Origin: Trueperaceae bacterium
Lineage (GTDB): Bacteria; Deinococcota; Deinococci; Deinococcales; Trueperaceae
Direction of reading: 5' to 3'
NCBI GenBank assembly: GCA_040905465.1
Contig: JBBDRK010000057.1
Span: 57,780 to 91,407, forward strand
DNA length: 33,628 nt
In this document: piece by piece, positions 1 through 10,358 of the stretch
Layout of the letters: each line of letters begins with the position of its first letter
Numbering within the stretch: position 1 is the first letter of the stretch
Notes under the pieces: generated by a model
Databases searched by the model: none
What the model saw: only the letters and a program-made list of their open reading frames with translations
Told to the model about the DNA's origin: nothing
Position numbers and translations under genes: made by a program

Positions 1-26
1 AGCCCGGATCCATGCGAACGGCGGTA

Positions 27-680
27 CTAGCCGCCCGCCGGCCTGACTTCCACTCCGTGCTTGCGCAGGCGCTCCACGAGACGATCGCGGACGTCCGGCC
101 ACTGCTGGTCGACGATCGAGTAGACCACCGTGTCGCGGATGTAGCCGTCTTTGCTGATCATGTGGCGCCTCAGGTCGCCTTCGTATACCGCGCCCAGGGC
201 CTCGATGGCTCGCTGCGAGCGAACGTTGCGCTTGTCGGTGTGGATCTGCACCCGCACGAAACCCAGCGTCTGGAACGCCAGCGTCAGTATCAGCAATTTG
301 CTATCGACATTGACGCCGGTACGATGCAGATCGGGGTGGAACCAGGTATAGCCGAGCTCGCAGTTGCGGTGCTGCCAGCGGATGTCCGCCAGCCGGGTAG
401 AACCTATTACCTCGTTGCCAGGCATCTTGAGGATGGCGAACGGGTAAGCATGCCCGGACTCGCGCTCGGCGAACGCGGTGCTGAAGTAGCCTTCCGCCTG
501 CTCGTCGGTTACCGGGGTAGAGGTGAAGCGGTACTCGTCGGGCGTGGCGCGGCTGATGCGCAGCAGCGGTTCGATGTGCTCTTCGGCCAGAGGCACCAGG
601 CGTACCAGGCGGCCTTCGAGCAGGGTCGGGTGCGGGACGCGGTTCGGGTATCCGGGAGCAGCGGCGTGCCTCTCGCTCAC
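27..680 (-). CDS. GNAT family N-acetyltransferase (RimJ/RimL-like)
   Basis: 217 aa ORF with 'LEGRLVRLVPL', 'IGSTRL...ELGYTW', 'RVQIHTDKRNVRSQRAIEALGAVYEG.LR' and 'RDTVVYSI', typical of RimJ/RimL-type GNATs. Its start overlaps the upstream gene's stop (GTGA 677-680). Confidence 0.9.
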   Translation of the reverse strand: MSERHAAAPGYPNRVPHPTLLEGRLVRLVPLAEEHIEPLLRISRATPDEYRFTSTPVTDEQAEGYFSTAFAERESGHAYPFAILKMPGNEVIGSTRLADIRWQHRNCELGYTWFHPDLHRTGVNVDSKLLILTLAFQTLGFVRVQIHTDKRNVRSQRAIEALGAVYEGDLRRHMISKDGYIRDTVVYSIVDQQWPDVRDRLVERLRKHGVEVRPAGG

Positions 681-1363
681 GGCCTGGAGGTCGCACCCGC
701 CCTCGGCACGAAGTCGAGGGCGTCCAGATCGAGCTCGACGGGCACGATCTCGGCATGGTCGACCAGGCGCTCCATGCCGGCCAGGGCGCTGATAACCACT
801 GCGTGCGTGACCACGATCATGCTGTTCATATGGCGGTAGCGATTCAGCACCGACACCACCCGCTGTCGCACCTCATCCAGACTCTCCCAAGGGACATCGC
901 CCGCTTCGAGGCTTCCCTGCATCTGGCGCCTTAGCTGCTCGTTGGCACGGTGCAGGAGCCGTGGATCGAGATCCGCCAACGAGTCCTTCTGAGGGAGCCA
1001 TTCGTGCAGATCGTACTCGACATAGAGAGGTTTGTTCAATTCCCGGCTCAACCTGGCGGCCGACTCCAACGCCCGGGCGTACGACGAGCAGACGATGGCC
1101 TGCGCTTCCTGCAGCCGATAGTCGCGCGCGATGGTGTCGATCTGGAGCCGGCCCAAGGGTGTCAACGGAGCGAACGAGGTGGCCCAGCCTCTTACTCCGC
1201 GCGACTCTACCAACCGATAATCCGTATCGCCGTGGCGAACGAAGAACAGGTTCACCGAAGCCGCTCGCGTTTTACCGGCGACCCGCACGAGTTCCCTCTC
1301 CTGGGCGCGTTCAGCGGTCGGCGCACGAGGTGAACGAAGGCTGACTGCATCGAGATCTCCCAA
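677..1363 (-). CDS. Histidine phosphatase (phosphoglycerate mutase-like) family protein
   Basis: Catalytic 'FVRHG' motif, 'SSYARALES', 'LHEW' and C-terminal 'VVTHAVVI'. Start is uncertain: TTG 1363, or GTG 1255 just before the RHG motif. Confidence 0.85.
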   Translation of the reverse strand: MGDLDAVSLRSPRAPTAERAQERELVRVAGKTRAASVNLFFVRHGDTDYRLVESRGVRGWATSFAPLTPLGRLQIDTIARDYRLQEAQAIVCSSYARALESAARLSRELNKPLYVEYDLHEWLPQKDSLADLDPRLLHRANEQLRRQMQGSLEAGDVPWESLDEVRQRVVSVLNRYRHMNSMIVVTHAVVISALAGMERLVDHAEIVPVELDLDALDFVPRAGATSRP

Positions 1364-1563
1364 TCCCCATATCCGCTCCCCCTTATGCGCCCAACACTAG
1401 CAAGGGTGCGACGGGAACGCCTGTTCGAAGTTTTACTCAACTGCGCCGTGAGCGCTGGGGCCGGCGGACCGCCGCGAGCCATTGGGTACACTGGAGTCGA
1501 ACGACCGATCGGGCGAGTGGTTCCGCTGATGGCGGCGGTGCTGCGCCCGGTCCGAGGTGAGGA

Positions 1564-2493
1564 TTGGTGTTGGACACTCTCTACCGACGGACGATTCTGG
1601 GACTGGCAGGATCGCCCCCGATCGAGGGCTTCCTGCGGGAGCGGGGCATGCGCCTGGGGGTAGGACGGTTCGTGGCGGGCGAAGCCCTGGAGCAGGCGAT
1701 CGAGGCGGCGAAGCGGCTCGAGTCGTCGGGCATGCTGGTGATCCTGGATCTGCTGGGCGAGTTCGTCGCCAGCGCGGCCGGTACCGAAGCGACGACGAAG
1801 GAGATCTTGGACGGCCTCACCGGCCTTTCCGCCGAGACGGAGTCGCCGGCGATGAGCGTCAAGCCGACTCAACTGGGACTGGAGATCGACTTCGAGCTGG
1901 CGCTCGACAACGCCCGACGGGTGGCGCAGTGCGCTCGAGCCGTCGGAGCCGAAGTCTGCTTCGATATGGAGAGCCATGCGTACGTCGACGGCTCCCTGCG
2001 GCTGTACCGCTCACTCCACGACGAGGGTTACCGGAACCTCAGCACCGTATTGCAGAGTTACCTGAAGCGTTCGCTGGACGACCTGGACGCCCTGCTAAGA
2101 CTGGAACCGCGCCCAACGCTGAGGATAGTAAAAGGGGCCTACCGTGAACCGGCCGAGCTTGCATTCCAGGACAAGGCGAAGGTCGACGAACGCTTCCGCC
2201 AAATGGTCTACACGGTGCTGGAGGCCGGTGGTAAGGCGAACATCGCCACCCACGACGAACGAATACTCCGGGAAGCTGCAGCCTTCCTGCAGGGGTCGGG
2301 GTTGGGGCAGGACCGCTACGAGTTTCAACTGCTCTACGGGGTGAAACCCGCCCTGCAACGGTCGTTGCGCGAGGCCGGCCACCCGGTGCGCGTCTACGTG
2401 CCGTACGGTAACGACTGGTACGGCTATTTCAGCCGACGGCTGGCAGAGAGGCCGGCAAACCTCGGCTTCGTCGTGCGCGGCCTGTTCGGTTGA
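1564..2493 (+). CDS. Monofunctional proline dehydrogenase
   Basis: 'RFVAGE', 'DLLGE', 'SVKPTQLGL', 'DME', 'RIVKGAYREP', 'IATHD', 'EFQLLYG', 'YVPYG.DWYGYFSRRLAERPAN'. Lies directly upstream of the P5C dehydrogenase. Confidence 0.95.
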   Translation: MVLDTLYRRTILGLAGSPPIEGFLRERGMRLGVGRFVAGEALEQAIEAAKRLESSGMLVILDLLGEFVASAAGTEATTKEILDGLTGLSAETESPAMSVKPTQLGLEIDFELALDNARRVAQCARAVGAEVCFDMESHAYVDGSLRLYRSLHDEGYRNLSTVLQSYLKRSLDDLDALLRLEPRPTLRIVKGAYREPAELAFQDKAKVDERFRQMVYTVLEAGGKANIATHDERILREAAAFLQGSGLGQDRYEFQLLYGVKPALQRSLREAGHPVRVYVPYGNDWYGYFSRRLAERPANLGFVVRGLFG

Positions 2494-2540
2494 CGACCCA
2501 GCCTCGCCGCCGGGGGCAACAATCACGTACAGGAGGAAAG

Positions 2541-4100
2541 ATGATAGACGTCTTCGAACCGTATCGCAATGAACCGTTCACCGATTTCGGACTCGAGTCC
2601 GAAATCGCCAGATACAAAGAGGCGCTCGAGTCGGTCCGTGGCCGATTGGGAGCCGAATATCCCCTTATCATCGGCGGAGAGCGGGTCGAAACCGGTGACT
2701 TGCTGGTCTCAGTCGACCCTTGCCGCCCGGACCAGGTGGTGGGACGTACCGCCAAGGGGCGCAAGCCCGAAATCGAGCGGGCGATGGCCGCCGCTCAGGG
2801 CGCTTTCGAAGGCTGGTCGCGACTCCCGATGGAGCATCGAGCACGCTGCCTGGTGAAGCTGGCCGCGGTGATGAGGCGGCGCAAGTTCGAACTGAGCGCC
2901 TGGGAGACGTTCGAGGCGGGGAAGAACTGGCGCGAAGCTGACGCCGACGTGGCCGAGGCTATCGACTTCTGCGAGTACTACGCTCGCGAGGCCCTGCGTC
3001 TGGCGTCGCCTCTGAGGACCCATGACTATCCGGGGGAGGAGAACACCACGTTCCTCTTTCCCATGGGCGTAGGGGTGGTCATACCGCCGTGGAACTTCCT
3101 GCTGGCGATATTGGTGGGCACGACGGTCGGGCCGGTGGCCGTGGGCAACACGGTCGTCGTCAAACCGTCGCCCAATACGCCGATCATCGCTCAGCAGTTC
3201 ATGGCTTGCGTCGAAGAGGCGGGATTTCCGCCTGGCGTCATCAACTTGCTGACAGGCGACGACGCCGACCTCGGCGACGCCCTGGTCGACCACGCCTCCA
3301 CTCGCTTCATCAACTTTACCGGCTCGCTCCGCACCGGCATGAGGATCCACGAGCGAGCAGTGAAACTGCAGCCGGGTCAGAAGTTCATCAAGAAGGTGTA
3401 CACCGAGATGGGCGGCAAGGACGCCATGATAGTCGACGAGACGGCGGACCTCGACCTTGCCGCCGAGGCCGCGGTTGCATCGGGGTTCGGATTCCAGGGT
3501 CAGAAGTGTTCGGCGATGAGCAGGCTGATCGTGGTCGACGACGTCTACGATGAAATGGTCGAGCGGGTCCTGGCCGGCGTTGATCGATTGTCGGTCGGCC
3601 CGGCCGAGGAGAATCACGACGTCGCCGCGGTAATCAACGAGCGACAGTACAGCAACATCCTCGAGCACATCGAGTCGGGCAAGCAGCAAGGGGAGATCAA
3701 AGCCGGAGGAGGAAAGGCCGAGCGCGCGGGCGGTGGTTACTTCATCGAGCCGACTGTGTTCATAAACGTTCCGCCGGACGCGACTATCGCATGTCAGGAG
3801 ATTTTCGGACCGGTCGTGTCGGTGGTGCGGGCGCGCGACTTCGATCACGCCCTGGCGATAGCGAACAGCCTCGAGTACGCGCTGACGGCGGGCGTCTGCA
3901 GTCGTGATCGGTCCCGGCTCGAGCGGGCACGGCACGAACTGGAGGCGGGGAATATCTACTTCAACCGGAAGATCAGCGGAGCCCTGGTCGGCGTCCAGCC
4001 TTTCGGCGGTTTCAAGCTCTCCGGCGACAACGCCAAGGCCGGCGGGCCCGACTACCTACGGCTCTTCATGTTGGCCAAGACGGTGACCGAGCGCTTCTGA
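2541..4100 (+). CDS. pruA: L-glutamate gamma-semialdehyde (P5C) dehydrogenase
   Basis: ALDH motifs 'PPWNF', 'FTGS', 'EMGGK', 'GQKCSA', 'EIFGPV', 'QPFGGFKLSG', and N-terminal 'PYRNEPFTDF'. SD AGGAGG precedes ATG 2541. Confidence 0.95.
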   Translation: MIDVFEPYRNEPFTDFGLESEIARYKEALESVRGRLGAEYPLIIGGERVETGDLLVSVDPCRPDQVVGRTAKGRKPEIERAMAAAQGAFEGWSRLPMEHRARCLVKLAAVMRRRKFELSAWETFEAGKNWREADADVAEAIDFCEYYAREALRLASPLRTHDYPGEENTTFLFPMGVGVVIPPWNFLLAILVGTTVGPVAVGNTVVVKPSPNTPIIAQQFMACVEEAGFPPGVINLLTGDDADLGDALVDHASTRFINFTGSLRTGMRIHERAVKLQPGQKFIKKVYTEMGGKDAMIVDETADLDLAAEAAVASGFGFQGQKCSAMSRLIVVDDVYDEMVERVLAGVDRLSVGPAEENHDVAAVINERQYSNILEHIESGKQQGEIKAGGGKAERAGGGYFIEPTVFINVPPDATIACQEIFGPVVSVVRARDFDHALAIANSLEYALTAGVCSRDRSRLERARHELEAGNIYFNRKISGALVGVQPFGGFKLSGDNAKAGGPDYLRLFMLAKTVTERF

Positions 4101-4184
4101 AGCTGTCGCACCGGTCCCTCCCGAGCACACAGCGAAGTTCCGCTGCCCGGCGCGAGCCGCTGCAGCGGAACTCGACTGCACGTG

Positions 4185-7100
4185 TCAGTGGTACGGTTCC
4201 AGCTGACCACCGTTCTGCCCGACATGGCCGGTACCGGTAGCGTTGGGCATCTCCTTCGCGAGCGTGAACAGGAAGGTGGCGCCTTTGCCGACGTCACCCT
4301 CGGCCCACACCTTGCCGCCGTGCCTGTGGATGATCCGCTGCACGGTGGCCAGTCCTATGCCGGTACCGGAGAACTCGCCCGGCGAATGGAGCCGCTGGAA
4401 CGGCACGAAGAGCTTTTCGGCATACTGCATGTCGAATCCGGCACCGTTGTCCTGAACGAAGTAGGTGTCGCTTTCCAACGTCCGCCTGACGCCGAATACC
4501 ACCTGGGCTCCCTCCTGGGAAGAGGTGAACTTCCAGGCGTTGCCGAGCAGGTTCTCCAGCACCAGCCGCATCAGCTCCTCGTCGCCGTTGACCACCACGC
4601 CGTCAGCCACCTGAATGTTGACGTCACGTTCAGGCTCGCGCTCGCTCAGCTCCAGTAGCACATGACGTGCGATCGTACTCAGATCGACCGGTCCGCGCCG
4701 GAGCTCACCACGAGCGACTCTCGAGAGAGTCAGCAGCGCGTCGATCAGGTCGGCCATTCTCTCGGCGGCGGCGCCGACTCGCTCGATGTACTGCCGGCCC
4801 TTGTCGTCGAGCTTGTCGCGGTACTCCTCGAGCAGGATGTGGGTGTAACCGGTAAGCCCGCGAAGCGGCGTGCGCAGGTCGTGTGAGACCGAGTAGCTGA
4901 AGCTCTCGAGCTCGCTGTTCAGGGCGAGCAGGTCGGCGGTCCGCAGCGAGAGTTGCTCGGCTTTCTCCTCGAGCGACAGCCGGGCAACCTCCACCTCGCT
5001 GTTCTTGTGCTCGACCTCAGTCTTCTGCTCGGCCAGCAGCCGTGCCTTCTCTTCCAGCTCGGCGTTGGTCTGCTGCAACTCCTCCTGCTGATCCTGCAGC
5101 TCCTGCGCCATGTTCTGCGACTGCTGCAGCAGCGACTCGGTACGGGAGTTGGCTTCGATCGTATGCAGAACGATGCCGATGCTCTCGGTGAGCTGCTCGA
5201 GAAACGCGAGGTGAGTCGGGCTGAAGCGCTCGAACGAGGCCAGCTCCACAACCGCCTTCGTCTCGGCTTCGAACATTACCGGCAACACCACGATGTTCAG
5301 AGGCGCGGCCTCACCCAGGCCGGAATTGATCTGCACGTAGTCGGTCGGAACGTTGGAAAGGAGAATGCGCTCCTGCTCCAGGGCGCACTCCCCCACCAGC
5401 CCTTCGCCGAGCCGGAACCGCTTGGTGAGCCGCTTGCGCTCGCGGAAAGCGTAGCTGGCGCGCATGGTCAGCACCGGCTCCCCGTCGTGCTCTTCCTTGA
5501 TGTAGAAGACCCCGTGCTGAGCGTTCACCAGCGGCGCCAACTCGGTGAGGAGCAGCTTGCAGACGGTCAGCATCTCGCGTTGCCCCTGCAGCATCCGGGT
5601 GAACTTCGCCAGGTTCGTCTTCAGCCAATCCTGTTCGGTGTTCTTGGCGGTAGTGTCCTTGAGGTTGCGGATCATCTCGTTGATGGTGTCCTTGAGGACA
5701 GCTACCTCGCCCTCGGCCGCCACCCCGATCGACCTGCTCAGATCTCCCTTGGTCACCGCCGTCGCCACGTCCGCGATCGCCCGCACCTGCGTCGTCAGGT
5801 TGGCCGCCAACTGGTTGACGTTGTCGGTGAGGTCCTTCCAGGTGCCGGAGGCGCCGGGAACGTGAGCCTGGCCACCCAGTCGCCCTTCGACACCCACGTC
5901 ACGGGCCACGCCCGTTACCTGGTCGGCGAAGGTAGCCAGGGTGTCGATCATGTTGTTGATGGTATCGGCAAGGGCGGCGATCTCGCCCATCGCCTCGACC
6001 GTCAGCTTCTTCTTCAGATCTCCGCCGGCAACGGCGGTTACCACGCGGGCGATGCCGCGTACCTGGCCCGTGAGGTTCGAAGCCATCAGGTTGACGTTGT
6101 CGGTCAGATCCTTCCAGGTACCGGCGACGCCCTGCACCTGGGCCTGGCCGCCCAGCTTCCCTTCGGTGCCCACCTCGCGAGCGACCCGGGTTACCTCGGA
6201 CGCGAACGAGGAGAGCTGATCGACCATGGTGTTGATGGTGTCCTTCAACTCCAGGATCTCGCCCTTGACGTCCACGGTGATCTTCTTCGACAGGTCGCCA
6301 TTGGCAACAGCCGTGGTCACCTGCGCGATGTTGCGCACCTGGCCGGTGAGGTTATCCGCCATCGAGTTGACGTTGTCGGTCAGATCCTTCCAGGTACCGG
6401 CAACACCGTGCACGTCCGCCCGGCCGCCCAGCCTGCCGTCGGTACCCACCTCGCGGGCCACCCTCGTGACCTCCGAAGCGAACGACCCGAGCTGATCGAC
6501 CATGGTGTTGATGGTGTCCTTGATCTGCAGGATCTCGCCCTTGGCGTCGACTGTGATCTTCTGGCTCAGGTCGCCTCTCGCGATGGCGGTGGCGACCTTG
6601 GAGACGTCGCGCAGCTGCACAGTGAGGTTGCCCGCCATCGAATTGACGTTGTCGGTCAGATCCTTCCAGGTACCGGCAACACCCTGCACATCCGCCTTGC
6701 CGCCCAGCTTGCCGTCGGTACCCACCTCGCGAGCCACCCGGGTGACCTCGGACGCGAACGAACTCAACTGGTCGACCATGGTGTTGATGGTGTCCTTCAA
6801 CTCCAGGATCTCGCCCTTGACGTCGACCGTGATTTTCTTCGACAGGTCGCCATTGGCAACAGCCGTGGTCACCTGCGCGATGTTGCGCACCTGGCCGGTG
6901 AGGTTATCCGCCATCGAATTGACGTTGTCGGTCAGATCCTTCCAGGTACCGGCAACACCCTGGACATCGGCCCGACCGCCCAGCTTGCCGTCGGTACCCA
7001 CCTCGCGAGCCACCCTCGTGACCTCCGAAGCGAACGACCCGAGTTGATCGACCATCGTGTTGATGGTGTCTTTGAGTTCCTGGATCTCGCCCTTGACGTC

Positions 7101-8603
7101 CACCGTGATTTTCTTCGACAGATCGCCGTTGGCAACCGCTGTCGTCACCTCGGCGATATTCCGCACCTGACCGGTGAGGTTATCCGCCATCGAGTTGACG
7201 TTATCCGTCAGATCCTTCCAGGTACCGGCAACACCCTGCACATCCGCCCGACCGCCCAACTTGCCGTCGGTACCCACCTCGCGAGCCACCCTGGTTACCT
7301 CGGAAGCGAACGAGGAGAGCTGTCCGACCATCGTGTTGATGGTGTCTTTGAGTTCCTGGATCTCACCCTTGACGTCCACCGTGATTTTCTTCGACAGATC
7401 GCCGTTGGCAACCGCTGTCGTCACCTCGGCGATATTCCGCACCTGACCGGTGAGGTTATCCGCCATCGAGTTGACGTTATCCGTCAGATCCTTCCAGGTA
7501 CCGGCAACACCCTTGACCTGCGCCTGACCCCCGAGCTTCCCTTCGCTCCCCACCTCGCGGGCAACCCTGGTTACCTCGGCGGCGAACGAGGAGAGCTGGT
7601 CCACCATCGTGTTGATGGTGTCCTTGAGTTCCTGGATCTCACCCTTGACATCGACCGTGATTTTCTTCGACAGATCGCCGTTGGCAACCGCTGTCGTCAC
7701 CTCGGCGATATTCCGCACCTGACCGGTGAGGTTATCCGCCATCGAGTTGACGTTATCCGTCAGATCCTTCCAGGTACCGGCAACACCCTTGACCTGCGCC
7801 TGACCCCCGAGCTTCCCTTCGCTCCCCACCTCGCGAGCCACTCGGGTTACCTCCGAAGCGAACGAGGAGAGCTGATCGACCATCGTATTGATGGTGTCCT
7901 TGATTTGCAGGATCTCGCCCTTGGCGTCGACCGTGATCTTCTGGCCCAGGTCACCCTTGGCGATGGCGGTGGCGACCTTGGACACATCGCGCAACTGCAC
8001 GGTGAGGTTGCCCGCCATCGAATTGACGTTGTCGGTCAGATCCTTCCAGGTACCGGCAACACCCTGCACATCCGCCTTGCCGCCCAGCTTGCCGTCGGTA
8101 CCCACCTCACGAGCAACGCGGGTTACCTCCGAAGCGAACGAGGAGAGCTGATCGACCATCGTATTGACGATCTTGCCGGTTCGCAGGAACTCGCCCCGTA
8201 TCGGTCTGCCATCGATCTCGAGGACCATGCGCTGAGTCAGATCCCCTTTGGCGACCGCACCGATCACCCTCGTTATCTCGGTAGTGGGCTGTGCCAGATC
8301 CGAGATCAGCGCATTCACCGCTTCGCCGTTTCTTGCCCAGGCGCCTTCGGCGTGTCCCATCGGGACTCGCTCCGCCAGCTTCCCTTCCTTGCCGACGGCC
8401 TGACTGACCCGCTGGAGGTCCCGCGACAGCTTTTCGTTTACGTCGATGATCTCATTCATCGTATCGGCGATCTTGCCATCGACGCCGGTCCAGTCGACCG
8501 GCATCCTCTTGGAAAAGTCGCCCTTCTTCACGGACGTCAGGACGTTTAGCAGGACACTCTGCCGGGACTCCTCCTTCACGGTCTTGGCGACGGCCTGGCT
8601 CAC
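4185..8603 (-). CDS. Soluble poly-HAMP / GAF / coiled-coil / HisKA / HATPase sensor histidine kinase (no receiver domain)
   Basis: Nine conserved 92-aa repeats containing '[11 protein letters not shown]' plus one degenerate N-terminal unit, then a GAF region ('GEGLVGECA'), H-box 'SHDLRTPL', N-box 'NLLGNAWKF' and G-boxes 'DNGAGF', 'GTGIGLA'. The ORF is open to 8795. GTG 8603 is the more plausible start. Confidence 0.9.
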   Translation of the reverse strand: MSQAVAKTVKEESRQSVLLNVLTSVKKGDFSKRMPVDWTGVDGKIADTMNEIIDVNEKLSRDLQRVSQAVGKEGKLAERVPMGHAEGAWARNGEAVNALISDLAQPTTEITRVIGAVAKGDLTQRMVLEIDGRPIRGEFLRTGKIVNTMVDQLSSFASEVTRVAREVGTDGKLGGKADVQGVAGTWKDLTDNVNSMAGNLTVQLRDVSKVATAIAKGDLGQKITVDAKGEILQIKDTINTMVDQLSSFASEVTRVAREVGSEGKLGGQAQVKGVAGTWKDLTDNVNSMADNLTGQVRNIAEVTTAVANGDLSKKITVDVKGEIQELKDTINTMVDQLSSFAAEVTRVAREVGSEGKLGGQAQVKGVAGTWKDLTDNVNSMADNLTGQVRNIAEVTTAVANGDLSKKITVDVKGEIQELKDTINTMVGQLSSFASEVTRVAREVGTDGKLGGRADVQGVAGTWKDLTDNVNSMADNLTGQVRNIAEVTTAVANGDLSKKITVDVKGEIQELKDTINTMVDQLGSFASEVTRVAREVGTDGKLGGRADVQGVAGTWKDLTDNVNSMADNLTGQVRNIAQVTTAVANGDLSKKITVDVKGEILELKDTINTMVDQLSSFASEVTRVAREVGTDGKLGGKADVQGVAGTWKDLTDNVNSMAGNLTVQLRDVSKVATAIARGDLSQKITVDAKGEILQIKDTINTMVDQLGSFASEVTRVAREVGTDGRLGGRADVHGVAGTWKDLTDNVNSMADNLTGQVRNIAQVTTAVANGDLSKKITVDVKGEILELKDTINTMVDQLSSFASEVTRVAREVGTEGKLGGQAQVQGVAGTWKDLTDNVNLMASNLTGQVRGIARVVTAVAGGDLKKKLTVEAMGEIAALADTINNMIDTLATFADQVTGVARDVGVEGRLGGQAHVPGASGTWKDLTDNVNQLAANLTTQVRAIADVATAVTKGDLSRSIGVAAEGEVAVLKDTINEMIRNLKDTTAKNTEQDWLKTNLAKFTRMLQGQREMLTVCKLLLTELAPLVNAQHGVFYIKEEHDGEPVLTMRASYAFRERKRLTKRFRLGEGLVGECALEQERILLSNVPTDYVQINSGLGEAAPLNIVVLPVMFEAETKAVVELASFERFSPTHLAFLEQLTESIGIVLHTIEANSRTESLLQQSQNMAQELQDQQEELQQTNAELEEKARLLAEQKTEVEHKNSEVEVARLSLEEKAEQLSLRTADLLALNSELESFSYSVSHDLRTPLRGLTGYTHILLEEYRDKLDDKGRQYIERVGAAAERMADLIDALLTLSRVARGELRRGPVDLSTIARHVLLELSEREPERDVNIQVADGVVVNGDEELMRLVLENLLGNAWKFTSSQEGAQVVFGVRRTLESDTYFVQDNGAGFDMQYAEKLFVPFQRLHSPGEFSGTGIGLATVQRIIHRHGGKVWAEGDVGKGATFLFTLAKEMPNATGTGHVGQNGGQLEPYH
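5660..8480 (-). repeat. Intragenic 276-bp tandem repeat array encoding poly-HAMP units (boundaries approximate)
   Basis: The anchor 'tccttccagg' recurs at 276-bp spacing nine times between about 5830 and 8050. Confidence 0.9.
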
Positions 8604-8828
8604 CGGTCCACACCGTGGCCGGATCGCGGCACTGCGCACCGAGCACTCCCCGCTCCGGGTAGACCTCGGTTCTGGGCGGTCAAAACACGAACAAGCATCA
8701 ATCCCCTCCTCCGCCTGACGTTCCGGCCACCTCGAATCTGCCCGGTCCACTGCGGAACCAAGGATCCATGTACCGGGGGCCCAACAAGCGCGCAACCCTC
8801 AACATATGCTCTCACAGCCCAGGTTGTC

Positions 8829-8846
8829 GTGTGATAGCTGTCACAC
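8829..8846. promoter_or_regulatory. CRP/FNR-family-type palindromic site GTGTGA-TAGCTG-TCACAC
   Basis: Exact TGTGA-N6-TCACA core in the intergenic region upstream of the kinase. Confidence 0.55.
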
Positions 8847-8923
8847 TTTTTTGTACCAAAGGGCAACCCAGAGGCAGAGAGGCGGCGACGCGCAGAGAAC
8901 GCCAGACAGGCGAAATAGCGAAG

Positions 8924-10273
8924 TTACTCGTCGTAGAGGCGCTCCTCCAGCGGCCGCCCTTCCGGGTTCTGACGCATCAGAAGGGTTCCGATCCCGGCGG
9001 TAAACAGGCTGGCTGCGTACACTGCGAGGGCTAGAGGGAACGACAGGACGAGCAGCAGGCCGCCCACCTGCGCCGCGACTATCCCGCCGGCTCGTGCGGC
9101 CGCGCCGGCAAACCCCATCCCCGTGGCCCGCACCTCGGTCGGATAGACCTCCGGGGTGTAGGCGTAGAGCGCACCCCAAGCGCCCAAGAGCGAGAAGCTG
9201 AGCAGCAGGCTGGCGCCGATCACAACGGCCGGCACCGTCGACACGGCGAACACCATGCTTGCTGCGGCGCTCCCCAGCAGGAATGTCGCGAGGGTGAAGC
9301 GCCGGCCCAATCGGTCCAGCCAGTAAGCGGCGAGCGCGTAGCCCGGGACCTGCGCCAGCGCCAGAACCACGAGGAACCAGTAGGTCGTAAGCACCTCGAC
9401 GCCCTGGTTCAGGAAGATCGGCCGGAGCCAGGTGAACACGCCGTAGTAACCAAAGGACAGACCGAACCAGATCAGCGCCAGCAGCAGAGTTCGTCCCCGC
9501 AGTTTGGTACCGAACAGAGCCGCGGTAGTGTTGCGGCGCTCCGGGAGCGACGCATGAATGTTCGATACGTCGACCTCGATACGGTTCATCCTGGCGATCC
9601 GCAGTAACACCTCGCGAGCCTCGGCTTGACGACCCTCGTTCAGCAGGTAGCGCGGCGACTCCGGCACCCACAGCCTCACCACCAGGCCCAGGAGGCCGGG
9701 TAGGGCGTTGATCGCGAAGATCCAACGCCAGGCGTTCTCGGGCATGTGCGGGACGATCGCCCAGGCTATCAGCGCGATTGCGATGGTGCCAACCGCCCAA
9801 AAGCTTTCCAGGTATACGAGAAATCGACCGCGTTGGCGCCGGGGGAGATACTCGGCCATGATCGCGTAATCCACGGGAAGGGTGCCCCCTACCGCGGCGC
9901 CGGTAATGAACCGAAAGACGAGCAGCGTCGCGAAGCTCGGTGCTACCGCCGACAGCAGCGCGAAGACGGCGTTTAGGGCTATGGTCGCCAGGAAAACCTT
10001 GCGACGACCGATCCGATCAGCGAGAGCGCCGAAGCCCCACGCTCCCAGGAACATGCCGGCGAAAAACAGCGAGCCGACGAGGCCGGCCGCCACGGGACCG
10101 ATTGCGAAGGTCGCGATTACCGACGGAATCACGAAGCCGATGGCGATGATTTCCATCGCGTCGGAAGCCCACACCAGGCCGTTGACCGCAAACAGCCGCC
10201 ACTGAAAGCGACCGACGCCTATTCGTTCAATGGCATCGTCGACGGTTGTTGCCACGCCCGTGCGATCGGTCAC
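8924..10273 (-). CDS. niaP: MFS transporter, SVOP/YceI-like; probable niacin transporter
   Basis: MFS motif A 'GALADRIGRR', 'AEYLP...RGR', 'PESPRYL', 'YTPEVYPTEVRATG'. Lies directly downstream of pncB on the same strand. The substrate is inferred from context. Confidence 0.75.
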   Translation of the reverse strand: MTDRTGVATTVDDAIERIGVGRFQWRLFAVNGLVWASDAMEIIAIGFVIPSVIATFAIGPVAAGLVGSLFFAGMFLGAWGFGALADRIGRRKVFLATIALNAVFALLSAVAPSFATLLVFRFITGAAVGGTLPVDYAIMAEYLPRRQRGRFLVYLESFWAVGTIAIALIAWAIVPHMPENAWRWIFAINALPGLLGLVVRLWVPESPRYLLNEGRQAEAREVLLRIARMNRIEVDVSNIHASLPERRNTTAALFGTKLRGRTLLLALIWFGLSFGYYGVFTWLRPIFLNQGVEVLTTYWFLVVLALAQVPGYALAAYWLDRLGRRFTLATFLLGSAAASMVFAVSTVPAVVIGASLLLSFSLLGAWGALYAYTPEVYPTEVRATGMGFAGAAARAGGIVAAQVGGLLLVLSFPLALAVYAASLFTAGIGTLLMRQNPEGRPLEERLYDE

Positions 10274-10358
10274 CAGCTCACCTCCTACCTGTTCGGTCTA
10301 CATGTACAGTCCGGGCCACTTTCGGCGCCAACGCTCAGGGCGAACGTCCTTAGCCGGC

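Noticed and set aside
1252-1350. 32-codon ORF whose stop overlaps the GTG at 1255 of the histidine phosphatase
   Set aside because: No recognisable features, and the phosphatase start itself is uncertain. Likely chance.
5830-8050. Regularly spaced repeats as a possible CRISPR array
   Set aside because: The period is 276 bp, the whole unit is repeated without unique spacers, and it is in frame within the kinase. There are no cas genes.
4953-8549. 1198-aa plus-strand ORF, and similar long antisense ORFs over pruA, pncB, dxs, malK and others
   Set aside because: These are stop-poor antisense shadows of high-GC genes. The opposite strand carries the recognisable motifs.
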